A stretch of DNA of 64,000 nucleotides from a virus, in the IMG/VR virus record IMGVR_UViG_3300010396_000002, positions 64,001-128,000 of that record. One strand, 5' to 3'. Under the pieces are notes generated by a model that saw only the letters and a list, made by a program, of their open reading frames with translations, ran no database searches and was not told the origin of the DNA. A program made the translations under genes and the position numbers. This document shows, piece by piece, positions 20,925 through 30,831 of this stretch. Position 1 is the first letter of the stretch. Each line of letters opens with the position of its first letter.

Positions 20925-22039
20925 CGTTCCGCCGCCTCCGCGCGCGCCCCGCGCGCAGCCCACGCCTCCGCCCAGTCCTTCGATCCCGGCGCAGCCCAGC
21001 GCTGGGGCTCCGCGCCCGCCTTCGCCAGGTCCCACGCGATCTTCGCTGCGTACTTCTCGCCCGCCTCGTCGCCGTCGACCGCGACGCCGGCGAAGCGACC
21101 GCGCGCCAGCTCCGCCCATGCCTGGTTCCAGTTTCCGAGCCCAGGCATCCCCAACACGATCACGTGCTCGCCGCGCGCGCGCAAGAGCTCCCGCAGAGCG
21201 AGCACATCGATCGCCCCCTCAACGAAGGCCATCGGGTACGCGAGCGGCGCCGTCGTGGCGCGCTCCACGCCGTAGGGCCATGGGAAGCCCCGGCCCCGCG
21301 CCCCGACGTACCGCGGCTCCCCCTTGTCGATGCGCCGACGCTGCACGTTCACGACGCGCCCGAGCTGGTTGCGCCACGGGATCACGACGCGTGCCTCCGG
21401 GTGCGCCAGCCGGTCGTCGCTCCCGTCGTCCCGCCGGAGCAGCCCCGTGCGGCGAACGGCGTCGATGCCGACGGCCTTGGCCATCGCCTCGACGACCGCG
21501 CTCTGCCTATCGGGCTTCGGCAGAGCAGCCCACCCGTCGGCGAGCGCAGCCTCAAGCACCTGGCGCCCCCGTAGGTACGCAGCCACGTCGCTCTGCGCGG
21601 CCGGACCGTCGAGCCGGCCGATCCGGAACATCGGCGCGACCGCGGCTGCGAAGACCTCGTCCGCGAGCGGCGGGGGTCCTGGCGGCGGAACTGGCCGCGG
21701 TGGTGGCAGGTTCTCCGGCCGCGAGATGTCGATCGCGGCAAGTGCTGCGGCCCTGGCAAGCACCTCGCGGAAGTTGTGCACACGGTCGAGGTGCTCCACC
21801 GCGGCTACCAGGTCGAAGATGTCGCCGGAGAGTCCGCACTCGGCCTGGCACTTCACCTGGATCGTCCCGTCTCCGCCGACGCGAACCGAGCACGACGGCG
21901 AGCGGTCATCGTGCGAGGGGCAGCAGATCATCACCCCGCGCGCCTGGCGCCGGGTCTTCGTGATCCCGAGGCGCCGGCAGACGTCGGCGGGGTCGCAGAG
22001 CGCTGCACGCACCGCCTCGACTGCGGTTCGGTCACCCAT
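20921..22039 (-). CDS. DnaG-type DNA primase (CHC2 zinc finger + TOPRIM)
   Basis: CPSHDDRSPSC...CQAECG; FVEGAIDVL; VAVDGDEAG; KDW. Confidence 0.85.
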   Translation of the reverse strand: MGDRTAVEAVRAALCDPADVCRRLGITKTRRQARGVMICCPSHDDRSPSCSVRVGGDGTIQVKCQAECGLSGDIFDLVAAVEHLDRVHNFREVLARAAALAAIDISRPENLPPPRPVPPPGPPPLADEVFAAAVAPMFRIGRLDGPAAQSDVAAYLRGRQVLEAALADGWAALPKPDRQSAVVEAMAKAVGIDAVRRTGLLRRDDGSDDRLAHPEARVVIPWRNQLGRVVNVQRRRIDKGEPRYVGARGRGFPWPYGVERATTAPLAYPMAFVEGAIDVLALRELLRARGEHVIVLGMPGLGNWNQAWAELARGRFAGVAVDGDEAGEKYAAKIAWDLAKAGAEPQRWAAPGSKDWAEAWAARGARAEAAER

Positions 22040-23213
22040 GGGTCGGCTCCGAGCGACGTACGATCACACGCACTGCCTCACGCGCGCCCTGCCTGGACTC
22101 GTCGGGGGACAGCTTGTCGAGCCCGCGGTCCCGGATCAGCTTGGCCACGGCGGGGTCCATCAGCGGCGACCTCGCTTGCTCCCCGCGCTCGAAGTCTGGA
22201 CGGTAGCGCGGCTCATCCAGATCGGGCTCAATCTCGCCCCGACCAAGAGCCGCAAGGCGTTCCACTTGGGCCGTGTCACGAAGGATTGTCTCGATGCCGC
22301 GGTAGCCGCCTGGCTTTGCACCAGGACCGCGACCCATCAGCCAGTCGTCCTTGGCGGCGCCGTCGATCGCGGCCTTGCAGTCGTCTCCGGTGAGCCCTTC
22401 GGCGAAGCGGTCGAGCACGCGCTGCACCCGCTCGTCGGTCATTTTCGGCGGGCGCCCATGGTACGGAGCTGCCTGCCAATGCTCCACGACAGCGCGAGCC
22501 TCGGCGAGCCGTTCCACCGATGCCTCCCCGCGCCGTCGATGGCGACTGGGTTTCTGCGCAACGACGGCGCCGCCATCGACTACTGGGATCCGAACCTGCG
22601 CTGACGATGCCGACTCCCGAGCAGACGGGGATGTCGGCGGAGCCGGTGGGCACTCGCCCCGCCCTTCGCCGTCGTCCGACGTCGGGGTGGTTGTATTGGC
22701 GGATCCCTGGGAGGTTCCATGGGAGGTTTGTAGGGTGCCCGGCACCCCCCCGGGGGGGGGTTTAGGCAGGGGGGGAGGGGGGGTGCTTGGCACCTTGGGG
22801 GAGGGGGGTGCCGCAGCAGGAGGGGGTGGCGCGGGAGGGAGGGGGGTGCTTGGCACCGAGCTCCCCCTCTTGCTGTGCGGCCCCTGGCGGCTCAAGCGCA
22901 CGGCCTCGCCGTCGAGCGCACCCAGCGTCAGCATGTTCGTGAGCTGGGCGCCGTCGGCGCCGTAGCGCGGCTCCGTCGTGAACCAGCCGGCCTCTCGGAG
23001 GGCGCGGAGCCAGTCCCGCACGGTGCCCACGTCGAGGCCCGTCCAGGCGGCGATTGCGTCCGGCCCCTTCCACGTCTGGCGGTTCGGGTTCGTCGCTGCA
23101 CCGTCGGCGAGGCAGAGCAGCACGAGGCGTGCGATCGGCGGGAGCACGTCGCGGGAAACGTTGGGCAGCCGCTGCGCGCACTCGATGAGCAGGTTTCCTG
23201 TCTCGCCCGCCAT
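22032..23213 (-). CDS. phage replication initiator (N-terminal HTH, Pro-rich linker)
   Basis: RLVLLCLAD...TWKGPDAIAAWTGL...LREAGW; lies upstream of primase and helicase, like lambda O-P. Confidence 0.7.
   Translation of the reverse strand: MAGETGNLLIECAQRLPNVSRDVLPPIARLVLLCLADGAATNPNRQTWKGPDAIAAWTGLDVGTVRDWLRALREAGWFTTEPRYGADGAQLTNMLTLGALDGEAVRLSRQGPHSKRGSSVPSTPLPPAPPPPAAAPPSPKVPSTPPPPLPKPPPGGVPGTLQTSHGTSQGSANTTTPTSDDGEGRGECPPAPPTSPSARESASSAQVRIPVVDGGAVVAQKPSRHRRRGEASVERLAEARAVVEHWQAAPYHGRPPKMTDERVQRVLDRFAEGLTGDDCKAAIDGAAKDDWLMGRGPGAKPGGYRGIETILRDTAQVERLAALGRGEIEPDLDEPRYRPDFERGEQARSPLMDPAVAKLIRDRGLDKLSPDESRQGAREAVRVIVRRSEPTHG
22733..22857 (+). repeat. iteron-like repeats, candidate replication origin
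   Basis: Four GGAGGGGG(G)TG units (~22774, 22800, 22819, 22838) and three GGTGC-N3-GCACC palindromes inside the initiator gene. Confidence 0.55.
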
Positions 23214-23818
23214 CAGAGTACGTCTCCACCATCGCAGTAAGGGGCGTCGCCCAACACGGCGCGTACCCTGGCCGTCTCCTCGTTGAACATGTCGAAGAAC
23301 GCCGTGCTGACCAGCCATGAGCGAACCCGGCGCATGGCATCGTGCGTTGCGTCGTGCAGGTCCACGTCGGACAGGTGCGTGCTCTCCGCGACCTGAAGTT
23401 CGCGCTCGACGCTCTCGAGCATCGCATGGCTCCACACCGTGAGCTTTTGCTGGTGCTCCACGACTTCGAGCAGCATGCGCGCGCGCCCGACCAACTCCCA
23501 AAGTTGATCGTCGGCCATGCTCCCGTCGTCCTTCGGTTGGTCGTGTGCTGCCTTCGCACCGTCGACGAATGCGGCGAGCACCGGCTCAAACCGGAAGAAC
23601 TCCCCCTCCGAACGAATGCGCAGCGAAGCGAACCGTTCGTGGAGGGCTTGCTCGTCGTCCCTGGTTCCGGGGACCGCGACGAGAAGCGTGAGCACCTTCG
23701 AGTTGCCGGTCTGGAGCCGACGCCGGCGCGCGTGCGGGTTGCCTGTCGTCGTGCCGATCTTGATCGGCCCTGACGCGTCCCCTTCCTGGAGGAAGTAGAC
23801 CCAGCTCTCTGTGCCCAT
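23213..23818 (-). CDS. GIY-YIG (T5orf172/MUG113-like) domain protein
   Basis: VYFLQ...IKIGTT...LQTGN...EQALHERF...GEFF. Confidence 0.85.
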   Translation of the reverse strand: MGTESWVYFLQEGDASGPIKIGTTTGNPHARRRRLQTGNSKVLTLLVAVPGTRDDEQALHERFASLRIRSEGEFFRFEPVLAAFVDGAKAAHDQPKDDGSMADDQLWELVGRARMLLEVVEHQQKLTVWSHAMLESVERELQVAESTHLSDVDLHDATHDAMRRVRSWLVSTAFFDMFNEETARVRAVLGDAPYCDGGDVL

Positions 23819-23821
23819 CTC

Positions 23822-24382
23822 CTAGCCCCCCTTCTTGGGCAGGAGCCCGACGGTCTGGATCGCGGTGAGCACGGCTTCGATCTGCGCCGGCGAACCCTTG
23901 AGCTTTGGCAGCGCCAGCGACACGTACGGCTCGTCGCTGAGGTGCATCGAACTTGCGACGATCACCACCCCGTTGCTCACGAACATGGAGCAACCCTCGA
24001 CGCCGTCGGCTCCGAACTTCTTCCGGAGGCGCTCGGCTTCGCGCGCCATCGCCTCGTGCTTCGCCTTCTCGGCCAGGTGCTTCTGCTGCTCGTCGACGAT
24101 CTTGACCACGAGTGACCGATCGAACGCGCCTCCCTTAGTCACGCGGATCAGGCGCCCGATGTTGCCGGTGAAGAGCTTGAGCCATCTATCGTTGGCCTCG
24201 ACAGCGAAGCGAAGCTCGGTCCCGTCGATCGTGAGCTTGCCTCGCCAGGAGCGTCGATCGGCGTCGCGCGTGCTCGGCCCTTCAGTCACCGTGACGGCGT
24301 GACCGAGCTTGCCCATCCTTGTCGTGAAGACGTCGAGCAGGGCGCGTGCTCGCTCCTCGGCGCCGGTCGCCGTCGCGCTCAT
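23822..24382 (-). CDS. hypothetical protein
   Basis: 186-aa ORF coupled to upstream gene; GGAG SD. Confidence 0.65.
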   Translation of the reverse strand: MSATATGAEERARALLDVFTTRMGKLGHAVTVTEGPSTRDADRRSWRGKLTIDGTELRFAVEANDRWLKLFTGNIGRLIRVTKGGAFDRSLVVKIVDEQQKHLAEKAKHEAMAREAERLRKKFGADGVEGCSMFVSNGVVIVASSMHLSDEPYVSLALPKLKGSPAQIEAVLTAIQTVGLLPKKGG

Positions 24383-25134
24383 CGGCTGGTCTCCGTTGTC
24401 GGCCGACGACGCACATAGACCTCGGGCACGACCTCCTTGGTCCGCTCGCCCTTGAACTTGATCGAGCGCGTGTAGGGCTGCTCCGGCTTCGGGTCTCGAG
24501 GACCCAAGGGATCGCGCGGATCCCAGACGGTCCGCTTAGGCTTCAGTTGATGAACCGTCGGCGGCTTCGGCGTGCACGGCGGAGGTGCCTGCGGCGCTGG
24601 CTTCGGTGGCAGCGCCTTCGGGATCCCCAGCGCGGCGCGGAGAAGCTCGAACGCGTGCTCGCTCTGGTGCTGCTGCCCGAACTTGACCAGCGCTGCCCGG
24701 AGGGCCTCCACCGTCTTGGCCCTGTCCTTCCGGAGCCGCGGCGCCCAGTAGCCGGCCCAGTCCGCGGCTGCTGTTGGCGCGATGCCCTTGACCCAGGTGC
24801 GCGTGCCCAGGTTCATCTTGGCGAGCTTGAAGAAGATCCCGCCCACCGTGCGCCGGCGGGTCTCGTCCTCCGTCAGCATCCCGCCGATGCCCTCGAGCTG
24901 CTTGGCGTCGAGCACGAGCTGCTTGACCTCGGCCAGGCCCACCCACCGGAGCAGGACCGACACCGTCCACCAGGCTTCGCTCCGCCCCGGAGCCTCCTGG
25001 AGCTCGGCCATGATCCGGTCGGCTGCGGCGTCCCGCTCCTCGTGCGTCTCGGCCGTCCAACGGTCGGCCCTCGGATGCGTCCAGCCGTCGCCTTCGCGCT
25101 GGACGGCCCGCTCACCGTTCTGTAGGTTGTCCAT
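24379..25134 (-). CDS. PHAX-type RNA-binding domain protein
   Basis: GGMLTEDETRRRTVGGIFFKLAK resembles the PHAX RNA-binding signature GGxxTxDGxRRRTPGGVF; GGAGG SD. Confidence 0.65.
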   Translation of the reverse strand: MDNLQNGERAVQREGDGWTHPRADRWTAETHEERDAAADRIMAELQEAPGRSEAWWTVSVLLRWVGLAEVKQLVLDAKQLEGIGGMLTEDETRRRTVGGIFFKLAKMNLGTRTWVKGIAPTAAADWAGYWAPRLRKDRAKTVEALRAALVKFGQQHQSEHAFELLRAALGIPKALPPKPAPQAPPPCTPKPPTVHQLKPKRTVWDPRDPLGPRDPKPEQPYTRSIKFKGERTKEVVPEVYVRRRPTTETSR

Positions 25135-25186
25135 GTCCCTCCGCGGCGCCCGATCCCCCCCGGGCAGAGCCGGAGGGGCTTGGAAG

Positions 25187-25215
25187 GCCCGCCACGCAAT
25201 TTGGCGGGCTTTCTT
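25187..25215. terminator. intrinsic terminator-like hairpin
   Basis: GCCCGCCA-N7-TGGCGGGC followed by TTTCTT. Confidence 0.5.
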
Positions 25216-26372
25216 CGTTCAGGGCGTTCGCCAGCTTCCACCGGGCAGGCCAAGCCTGTCAAGCTGGGACGGTGGTGAGGCTGGATCCTGCGCGGACGTC
25301 GAGGCGGATCGCGTACGTCCGGGGCGCGCTGTCAGGCGGCTGGTGGCGGGGTTGTAGGCGGGTGCTCGCGCTTCACCGCGATCTTGATGATCGCGGACCA
25401 AGCCAGCTCGCCAGCGCATCGCGCGACGTGGTCGCGCTCCACGCGCTCGTCGAACCGACCCGAGGCGACCTCGGCCTTGATCTCCCGGCAGGCCTGGCAG
25501 GAGTGCGTTGCCAGCTCGGCGATGCCTTGCAGCGCGTCGAGCGCGATGGCGAGGTGCCGCGGGAGCGCGCCGGTCTTCAGCGTGGAGGCCATGCGGCTCA
25601 GGCTACCAGCGCAGCCTGAGGCCGTGGCGCTCGCGCGGCGAGGCGAGCTCGCCGCGCGGCACGCGCTACACCGACAGGGGATCGGGTTCGCCGAAACGCG
25701 ACTCGGGCCAGACGACGCGGTCGCCGGAAGCACCGATCTCCACGATGCACGCGGCCGAGGGATCGGCCGGGGGATCGATCGCAAGCCATAGGCGCGCGTC
25801 CTCCCATGTCCACGCGCCGTAGTCGCCGCCCGGGAAGCCCCGGCACTCGTAAGACGCTTCGTCGCGCCCCCCGTAGTAGGGCAGGGAGACCGGGGCAGGC
25901 AGGGGAGCGGCGACGGGCGAGCGGTTCGCCGCGGAATGCCACGGGGGGCGGTTCACGGGCACGGGGGACGGGTCACGCCCCGCCGCAGAACGCACGGCGC
26001 GCGCCTCGGGCGACCCAAGGGCAGCACGGGCGAGATCGGGGCGGGACACCGTCGGCACAGGGCGCGACGAGGTACGGGGGACGGAGCGGGTAGAGCGTCG
26101 GGCGGCCATGATCGGGGCTCCTCTCACGCGGCACGGGCGATCCGGATCGCCTCGCGCCACGCCTTGACGTGCTTCGGCACGTACGTTGCGAATCCGGTCG
26201 GTTCGGTCTTCCCCCCCTTGATCTGCCTGACGTAGGCGGCGACGCGGCGCCCATGCGCCGTGTCCTCGGGCCGAATCCGGCACCGATCGAAGTCGGCGCG
26301 CCGTTCAGCGGACCACGCACGGGGGGAGGTCTTCGGGGCGGTAGCAGGGCGACGGGTTGCCATCGGGGTGCC

Positions 26373-26603
26373 TCACTTCCGAAAGAAGGACGCGAGCGAG
26401 GTAGCCCCGACGGGCGCCGCGGCGAGCGTCACGGACACGGTCCCCCGCTTCCGCCCCATCCGGTCCAGAGCGGCCTTTGCCTGCTTCTCCCCGTCTGCCT
26501 TGTCCAGGCAACGGCCGGAGGCGAGGTACGCCCCGATCGGGGAGTAGAGACGCCACACGTACGGCAGGGGCGCGGGGGAAGCCTTCGGGGTCTTCTTAGC
26601 CAT
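26373..26603 (-). CDS. small basic protein, first gene of the leftward unit
   Basis: 76-aa ORF directly downstream of a sigma54-like promoter. Confidence 0.55.
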   Translation of the reverse strand: MAKKTPKASPAPLPYVWRLYSPIGAYLASGRCLDKADGEKQAKAALDRMGRKRGTVSVTLAAAPVGATSLASFFRK

Positions 26604-26615
26604 GCCCGGAGCCTA

Positions 26616-26632
26616 TGCGATCCCCGTGCCAG
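26616..26632 (-). promoter_or_regulatory. sigma54 (RpoN)-type promoter
   Basis: Minus strand CTGGCACGGGGATCGCA versus consensus YTGGCACGNNNNTTGCW; predicted +1 falls near the ATG at 26603 (leaderless). Confidence 0.55.
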
Positions 26633-27927
26633 GGGGGCAGACGCTACCAGGGCGCCCCCGTCCGGACAGGGGGAGCGCCGAGCATCGGGAAGGCTCGCCA
26701 GGGCGACGAGGGACGGGCGCCAAGGCGGGAACGGTCGGGCGGACGGGGGACAGGGACTCCACGGCGACGCCTCGCTCCTACGGGCGCCAGGGAGGCGCGC
26801 CCGGGGCAACGGGGCACGGGAGACCCGCCCGGGAGGCGTCCCACGATGCAAAGGTGCAAGATCCCAGCTTTCAGGGTTGAAAAACAGGGGGATTCGCTAG
26901 CAAGCGAGCACACTTACGGGGTCTCCAGCCTATCCAGGCGGCTCCGGGGAGACTTCCACGATTGCAATAACGGGGGGTCCGTCCGCAAGCGTGCCAAGTC
27001 GCGAGAAAACCCTTCAAAACAAGGTGAATCGCGCGAAAGCGAGCGGACGGCACGCCACCTGCAATAGGGGTGAATCGTCCGGCGCAGCAACAGGGCGACG
27101 GACACCGACGGACGGCCCCCCGCGAGGGGGGCACCCGTCATCCGGTCACCGGGGCGTGCGATGCCCCCTCCGATACGCTCCCGGGCAACCGGGGACCCGC
27201 AAGGGTAGGAGGGGTCGCTAGCTGCCAAGGGGCGCGCCAACACAGGGCGCTCCGTTCCGACATCGGCGCATCCCCCCGGACAGGGGGCGACATCAGGGGA
27301 GCGCGGGCGAGCTTAGGCCCCGCCTTAAACGACCATCCCCCGCAGTCATTCCCGCCCGGAGAACGCTACCGGGGCGGTGAGACCGAGAGCGCGGCTTAGC
27401 ACCCCGCGCGCGGCAGTCTCGCGATGTCGCGAGGCTACCAGGGCGACCATAGGGCAGGTTCAGAGACTGCCGGCAGGACCGGGCAAGCTTCCCAGTGCTT
27501 CTCTCATAGAGGCATGATGCGGCAAGGGATTCGGACCGGGATAGAGACTCGCACCGTGCGCCATGTCGAAAGGCGAGAAGCGGGCGAGCAAACGCATCGA
27601 TCGGAAGACGATGCCTGTTGAGAGTTTCGGGTGCGTTGCCCTCGGATATGCCGCGCGAAGGCGTGCGACGGTCGCAAGGGCGGACGATGACACCCGACGG
27701 GGAGCCAAGCACATAGGGCCCCGCACTCCAAACAGGAACGCCTCCTAAGCGAGCGGTGAAGGGAACACCCTTGAACGGATCCAGGCCCGTGCGGCAAGTG
27801 CCACACGGGGGACCATTCGAGCCCCTGTCACCGCGGGAGACTGACTCGGACCGACGAGCGGTAAAGCAGGTGTCGCAACCTGCACTGACAGACAGGGCGG
27901 GCGCTCTACAACGCTCCCCTGTGACAC

Positions 27928-27980
27928 GCGCAAACCCCCGACGTCGCCTTGACGTGCGGGGGTTTGCCGATCGTAGGAGG
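27928..27980 (+). repeat. bulged-G hairpin element E1
   Basis: GCGCA aa CCCCCG ACGTC gcctt GACGT [G] CGGGGG tttgcc GAT cgta GGAGG. Confidence 0.85.
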
Positions 27981-27986
27981 CACACC

Positions 27987-28541
27987 ATGCTCAAGTCATC
28001 CGGGATCACGGTAGAGCGTCGCGACGCGATGCGGATCGCTCCCCAGCGCGCGGAGCAACTCCGCAGCCAGCGCGCTAACGGGATGTCGAGCCGCTACGGG
28101 CACGCCCCGGTGTGCAGCAACCAGCGATGCGACGGTGAATGTCGCCTCTGCTCGGCTGACGCCGCGTCCGCTGCCCTCGTTCCGGATGACGCGGCGGACG
28201 CTCGCGCCAAGCTAGACCGCACGATCCAGCGCGCGGTCCGTCGCAACTATCGCGCGACCACGACACCGGCGGTCGTGAAGCGCACGACAGAGACCAGCGC
28301 CATCGCAGCAATGCGAGCGGGGGGACTCGCGGATCATCAGATCCGCGCCGCGCTTCTCCAGCGGACCCCCGTTGAGACCGTCGTGAGGACCGCGAACGAT
28401 GTCCGGCGCGACGTCAGGCGCGCCAAGATCGGCGCGCAAGCGATCCACGACGCGGCGACGTTCCGCCGCACGATGCAAGCGGACGAGCGGCGCGATCCTC
28501 GCGTCTACCTTGACGGCGACGCGGTCGTCATTCCCACGTGA
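27987..28541 (+). CDS. hypothetical protein (cassette 1)
   Basis: GGAGG SD of E1; stop just before E2. Confidence 0.65.
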   Translation: MLKSSGITVERRDAMRIAPQRAEQLRSQRANGMSSRYGHAPVCSNQRCDGECRLCSADAASAALVPDDAADARAKLDRTIQRAVRRNYRATTTPAVVKRTTETSAIAAMRAGGLADHQIRAALLQRTPVETVVRTANDVRRDVRRAKIGAQAIHDAATFRRTMQADERRDPRVYLDGDAVVIPT

Positions 28542-28543
28542 AC

Positions 28544-28592
28544 GCGCATACCCCGGGAGCCGGAAGGCTTGCCGGGGTTACGCGATCGGAGG
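28544..28592 (+). repeat. element E2
   Basis: GCGCA ta CCCCGG GAGC cggaag GCTT [G] CCGGGG ttacgc GAT c GGAGG. Confidence 0.9.
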
Positions 28593-28600
28593 CACACACG

Positions 28601-28780
28601 ATGATCCGCACGTTCCAAGGCGAGTATTCTGATAGTCGCACGGCACCATGCGGCAACGGATGTTGCGACGGCGCTTGCATCATCTGCGATCCGCCGCGCC
28701 CGTGCCTCGGCTGCAACGGGAAGACGCGCGACGACTCCGGTTACTGCCGGAAGTGCCGCGAACGCAACGGCGACGAGTAG
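28601..28780 (+). CDS. small Cys-rich protein
   Basis: 59 aa with 9 Cys; bounded by E2 and E3. Confidence 0.65.
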   Translation: MIRTFQGEYSDSRTAPCGNGCCDGACIICDPPRPCLGCNGKTRDDSGYCRKCRERNGDE

Positions 28781-28829
28781 CGCACACCCCGGGGGACTCG
28801 GTCCTGCCGGGGCTGCGTCGTTGAAAGGC
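28780..28829 (+). repeat. element E3
   Basis: GCGCA ca CCCCGG GGGAC tcg GTCCT [G] CCGGGG ctgcgt CGT tgaaagg. Confidence 0.9.
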
Positions 28830-28835
28830 GGAACC

Positions 28836-29441
28836 ATGACGGACCAAGTCACGGGCGCGGACATCGCGAAGGCCATGAGGGCAGCGGTAGCCCAAGCGAG
28901 GCTAGAGCAGCTCGCCGCGGACACCGAAGCGAAGTCAGACGCGGCGGACATCTCGCGCAAGCGGGCCCGGTCCTTCTTCGCGCGCCCCACGTCCAGCCCG
29001 AACCGCGCGCCCGTCGCACGGTCGACGGATGACGAGCACAACGCGAAGGGATACCCATACGAGATCCCGGGTTTCGTGCTCGCCAACGATCGCGGTCTCT
29101 ATCTCCCCCCTGAGGGGAGCTTCTCCCGCGAGCTTGACCGCGTGTCGCCCGAGATCGAGGCGGACATGCGAGCGAACCAGATCGAACGCGAAGCCAAGGC
29201 GGCGCAAGCTCTTGCCGCGGCAGACGCGGCGGAACGCGCGTACCAGCACGCGCTCGCGACGGGCGCACGCAAGGTCGCGACGGCGTGGGTTCAAGCGGAG
29301 CGCGCACGGGCGCGCGCGGAGCGCGCTGTCGACGCGGCGAAGCCTCGGCCCGTGTTCCGCTTCGCCGGACCGAGCGACGCAAAACACGCCGGCCAGATCC
29401 AAGCTCAGCGCGGCATCGTCAAGCTCCGCCGCATGTTCTAG
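28836..29441 (+). CDS. hypothetical protein
   Basis: Bounded by E3 and E4. Confidence 0.7.
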   Translation: MTDQVTGADIAKAMRAAVAQARLEQLAADTEAKSDAADISRKRARSFFARPTSSPNRAPVARSTDDEHNAKGYPYEIPGFVLANDRGLYLPPEGSFSRELDRVSPEIEADMRANQIEREAKAAQALAAADAAERAYQHALATGARKVATAWVQAERARARAERAVDAAKPRPVFRFAGPSDAKHAGQIQAQRGIVKLRRMF

Positions 29442-29491
29442 CGCACACCCGGGGGCTTCCAAGCCGCCCGGGTTGCTGCGTGGAAGCGAGG
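29441..29491 (+). repeat. element E4
   Basis: GCGCA ca CCCGGG GGCT tcca AGCC [G] CCCGGG ttgctg CGT ggaagcgagg. Confidence 0.9.
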
Positions 29492-29495
29492 CGCC

Positions 29496-29843
29496 ATGCG
29501 CAAGACCATCGACGTCGTACGGGACGTGATCATCGCCATCATCGAAGCCGACCGGGAGCCTGGCACGGCTCCTACCGGGTGCGCGATCTACGAAGGCGGG
29601 GCGACCATCCTGCCGGAGCGCATCCGCGGCCGCGTGCCCAGCAAGATCAGATGGACGGCGTCCCGTGGGCAGCACGCCTGGGAGGGCGCGCTGTTCACGC
29701 TCAAGGCGCTCGGCGTCGACATCGGCCAGCCGCTCAACACCGGCGACACGATCCCGGTGAGCTGCCACTGCGGGGCAACGGAGGGCCTCCGCGAAGACCC
29801 CTACGGTGGCGGCAAGGTCTGCCCCACGCACTACCAGCCGTAA
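29496..29843 (+). CDS. hypothetical protein
   Basis: Bounded by E4 and E5; C-terminal CHC...CPTH. Confidence 0.7.
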   Translation: MRKTIDVVRDVIIAIIEADREPGTAPTGCAIYEGGATILPERIRGRVPSKIRWTASRGQHAWEGALFTLKALGVDIGQPLNTGDTIPVSCHCGATEGLREDPYGGGKVCPTHYQP

Positions 29844-29892
29844 GCGCACACCCGAGGGCCTGACGGCTGCTCGGGTCGTGCCGTCGAAAGGA
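29844..29892 (+). repeat. element E5
   Basis: GCGCA ca CCCGAG GGCC tgac GGCT [G] CTCGGG tcgtgc CGT cgaaagga. Confidence 0.9.
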
Positions 29893-29900
29893 CGGTCACC

Positions 29901-30074
29901 ATGTCCAAGCTCTGCGCCAGCATCGTCATCACGTGGGCCGCCGGCCTCGTCGCCGGTCTGCTCATCCGGTCCAGCGCGGGACAGCACGGGCTGCTCCCGA
30001 GCCTCGCGATCGTGGTCGTGTCTGCCGGGGCAGCGGGCGCCATCTTCGCGCTCACTGCGGGGAGCCGGTCATGA
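29901..30074 (+). CDS. 57-aa two-TM membrane protein (not in the ORF track)
   Basis: MSKLCASIVITWAAGLVAGLLI...LAIVVVSAGAAGAIFALTAGSRS; follows E5 SD. Confidence 0.65.
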   Translation: MSKLCASIVITWAAGLVAGLLIRSSAGQHGLLPSLAIVVVSAGAAGAIFALTAGSRS

Positions 30075-30373
30075 GAAAGGACCGCGTCATCAAGTTCTCC
30101 ACCGGCGGCTATGTGACCGAGAAAGACGGGCGCCGCCGTGCGAAGTTCACCAGGAAGGAGGCACACGATGAAGCTCGCAAGATCCGTGCAGGCGATGGCC
30201 GGTGCACCGTCGTGAGGCTCGTCCCGCCGGTGATCAACGTGACGATCAAGCTCCAGATCCGCGGGATGGCCGGTACCGTCTGGGACATGGTCGAGGACGC
30301 GCTCGATGCTGGCGACGTTCAGGAAATCTTCAACAGCTCGGAGACGCTGGTCCTCTCCGCCGTATCCGAGTAG
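30071..30373 (+). CDS. hypothetical protein
   Basis: ATGA-coupled; ends at E6. Confidence 0.65.
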   Translation: MRKDRVIKFSTGGYVTEKDGRRRAKFTRKEAHDEARKIRAGDGRCTVVRLVPPVINVTIKLQIRGMAGTVWDMVEDALDAGDVQEIFNSSETLVLSAVSE

Positions 30374-30422
30374 CGCATACCCCGGAGGCTTCTTGCCTGC
30401 CGGGGCTGTGCCGTCAGGAGGG
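30373..30422 (+). repeat. element E6
   Basis: GCGCA ta CCCCGG AGGC ttctt GCCT [G] CCGGGG ctgtgc CGT ca GGAGG. Confidence 0.9.
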
Positions 30423-30431
30423 CTATCCGCC

Positions 30432-30773
30432 ATGAATGACAAGATCCCCGCCGTGTTCGAGAACCTGACCGCAGCGTCCCCGCTGGATGACCTCTGTGTC
30501 GCGGCCTATATCGCCGCCGCAAACGCTGCCCGCGAGGACATGAAGCCGCAGCGTGCGGGAGCGTGCCTCGCCTCGGACGATGCGACGATCGCTTACTTGC
30601 GCGCCCCATCGACGCGCTCCTGCCTGGAGGACTGGCTCCAAGCGTACCGGCACGACGAGGGCGTCCTGACCGCGCTGTCCGACGATGCACGCACCCAGGT
30701 GCTCGCCTCGGCATGGCGCGCATACGAGGCAACCGTGATGCAAGCGCGCGACGCTGCGCGGGCCGGTACCTGA
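30432..30773 (+). CDS. hypothetical protein
   Basis: Bounded by E6 and E7. Confidence 0.7.
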   Translation: MNDKIPAVFENLTAASPLDDLCVAAYIAAANAAREDMKPQRAGACLASDDATIAYLRAPSTRSCLEDWLQAYRHDEGVLTALSDDARTQVLASAWRAYEATVMQARDAARAGT

Positions 30774-30823
30774 GCGCACGCCCCCGACCGGAAACGGTGC
30801 GGGGGTCGGCGCATTGAAGGAGG
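30774..30823 (+). repeat. element E7
   Basis: GCGCA cg CCCCCG ACCG gaaa CGGT [G] CGGGGG tcggcg CAT tgaa GGAGG (GNRA tetraloop). Confidence 0.9.
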
Positions 30824-30831
30824 CCGACACC

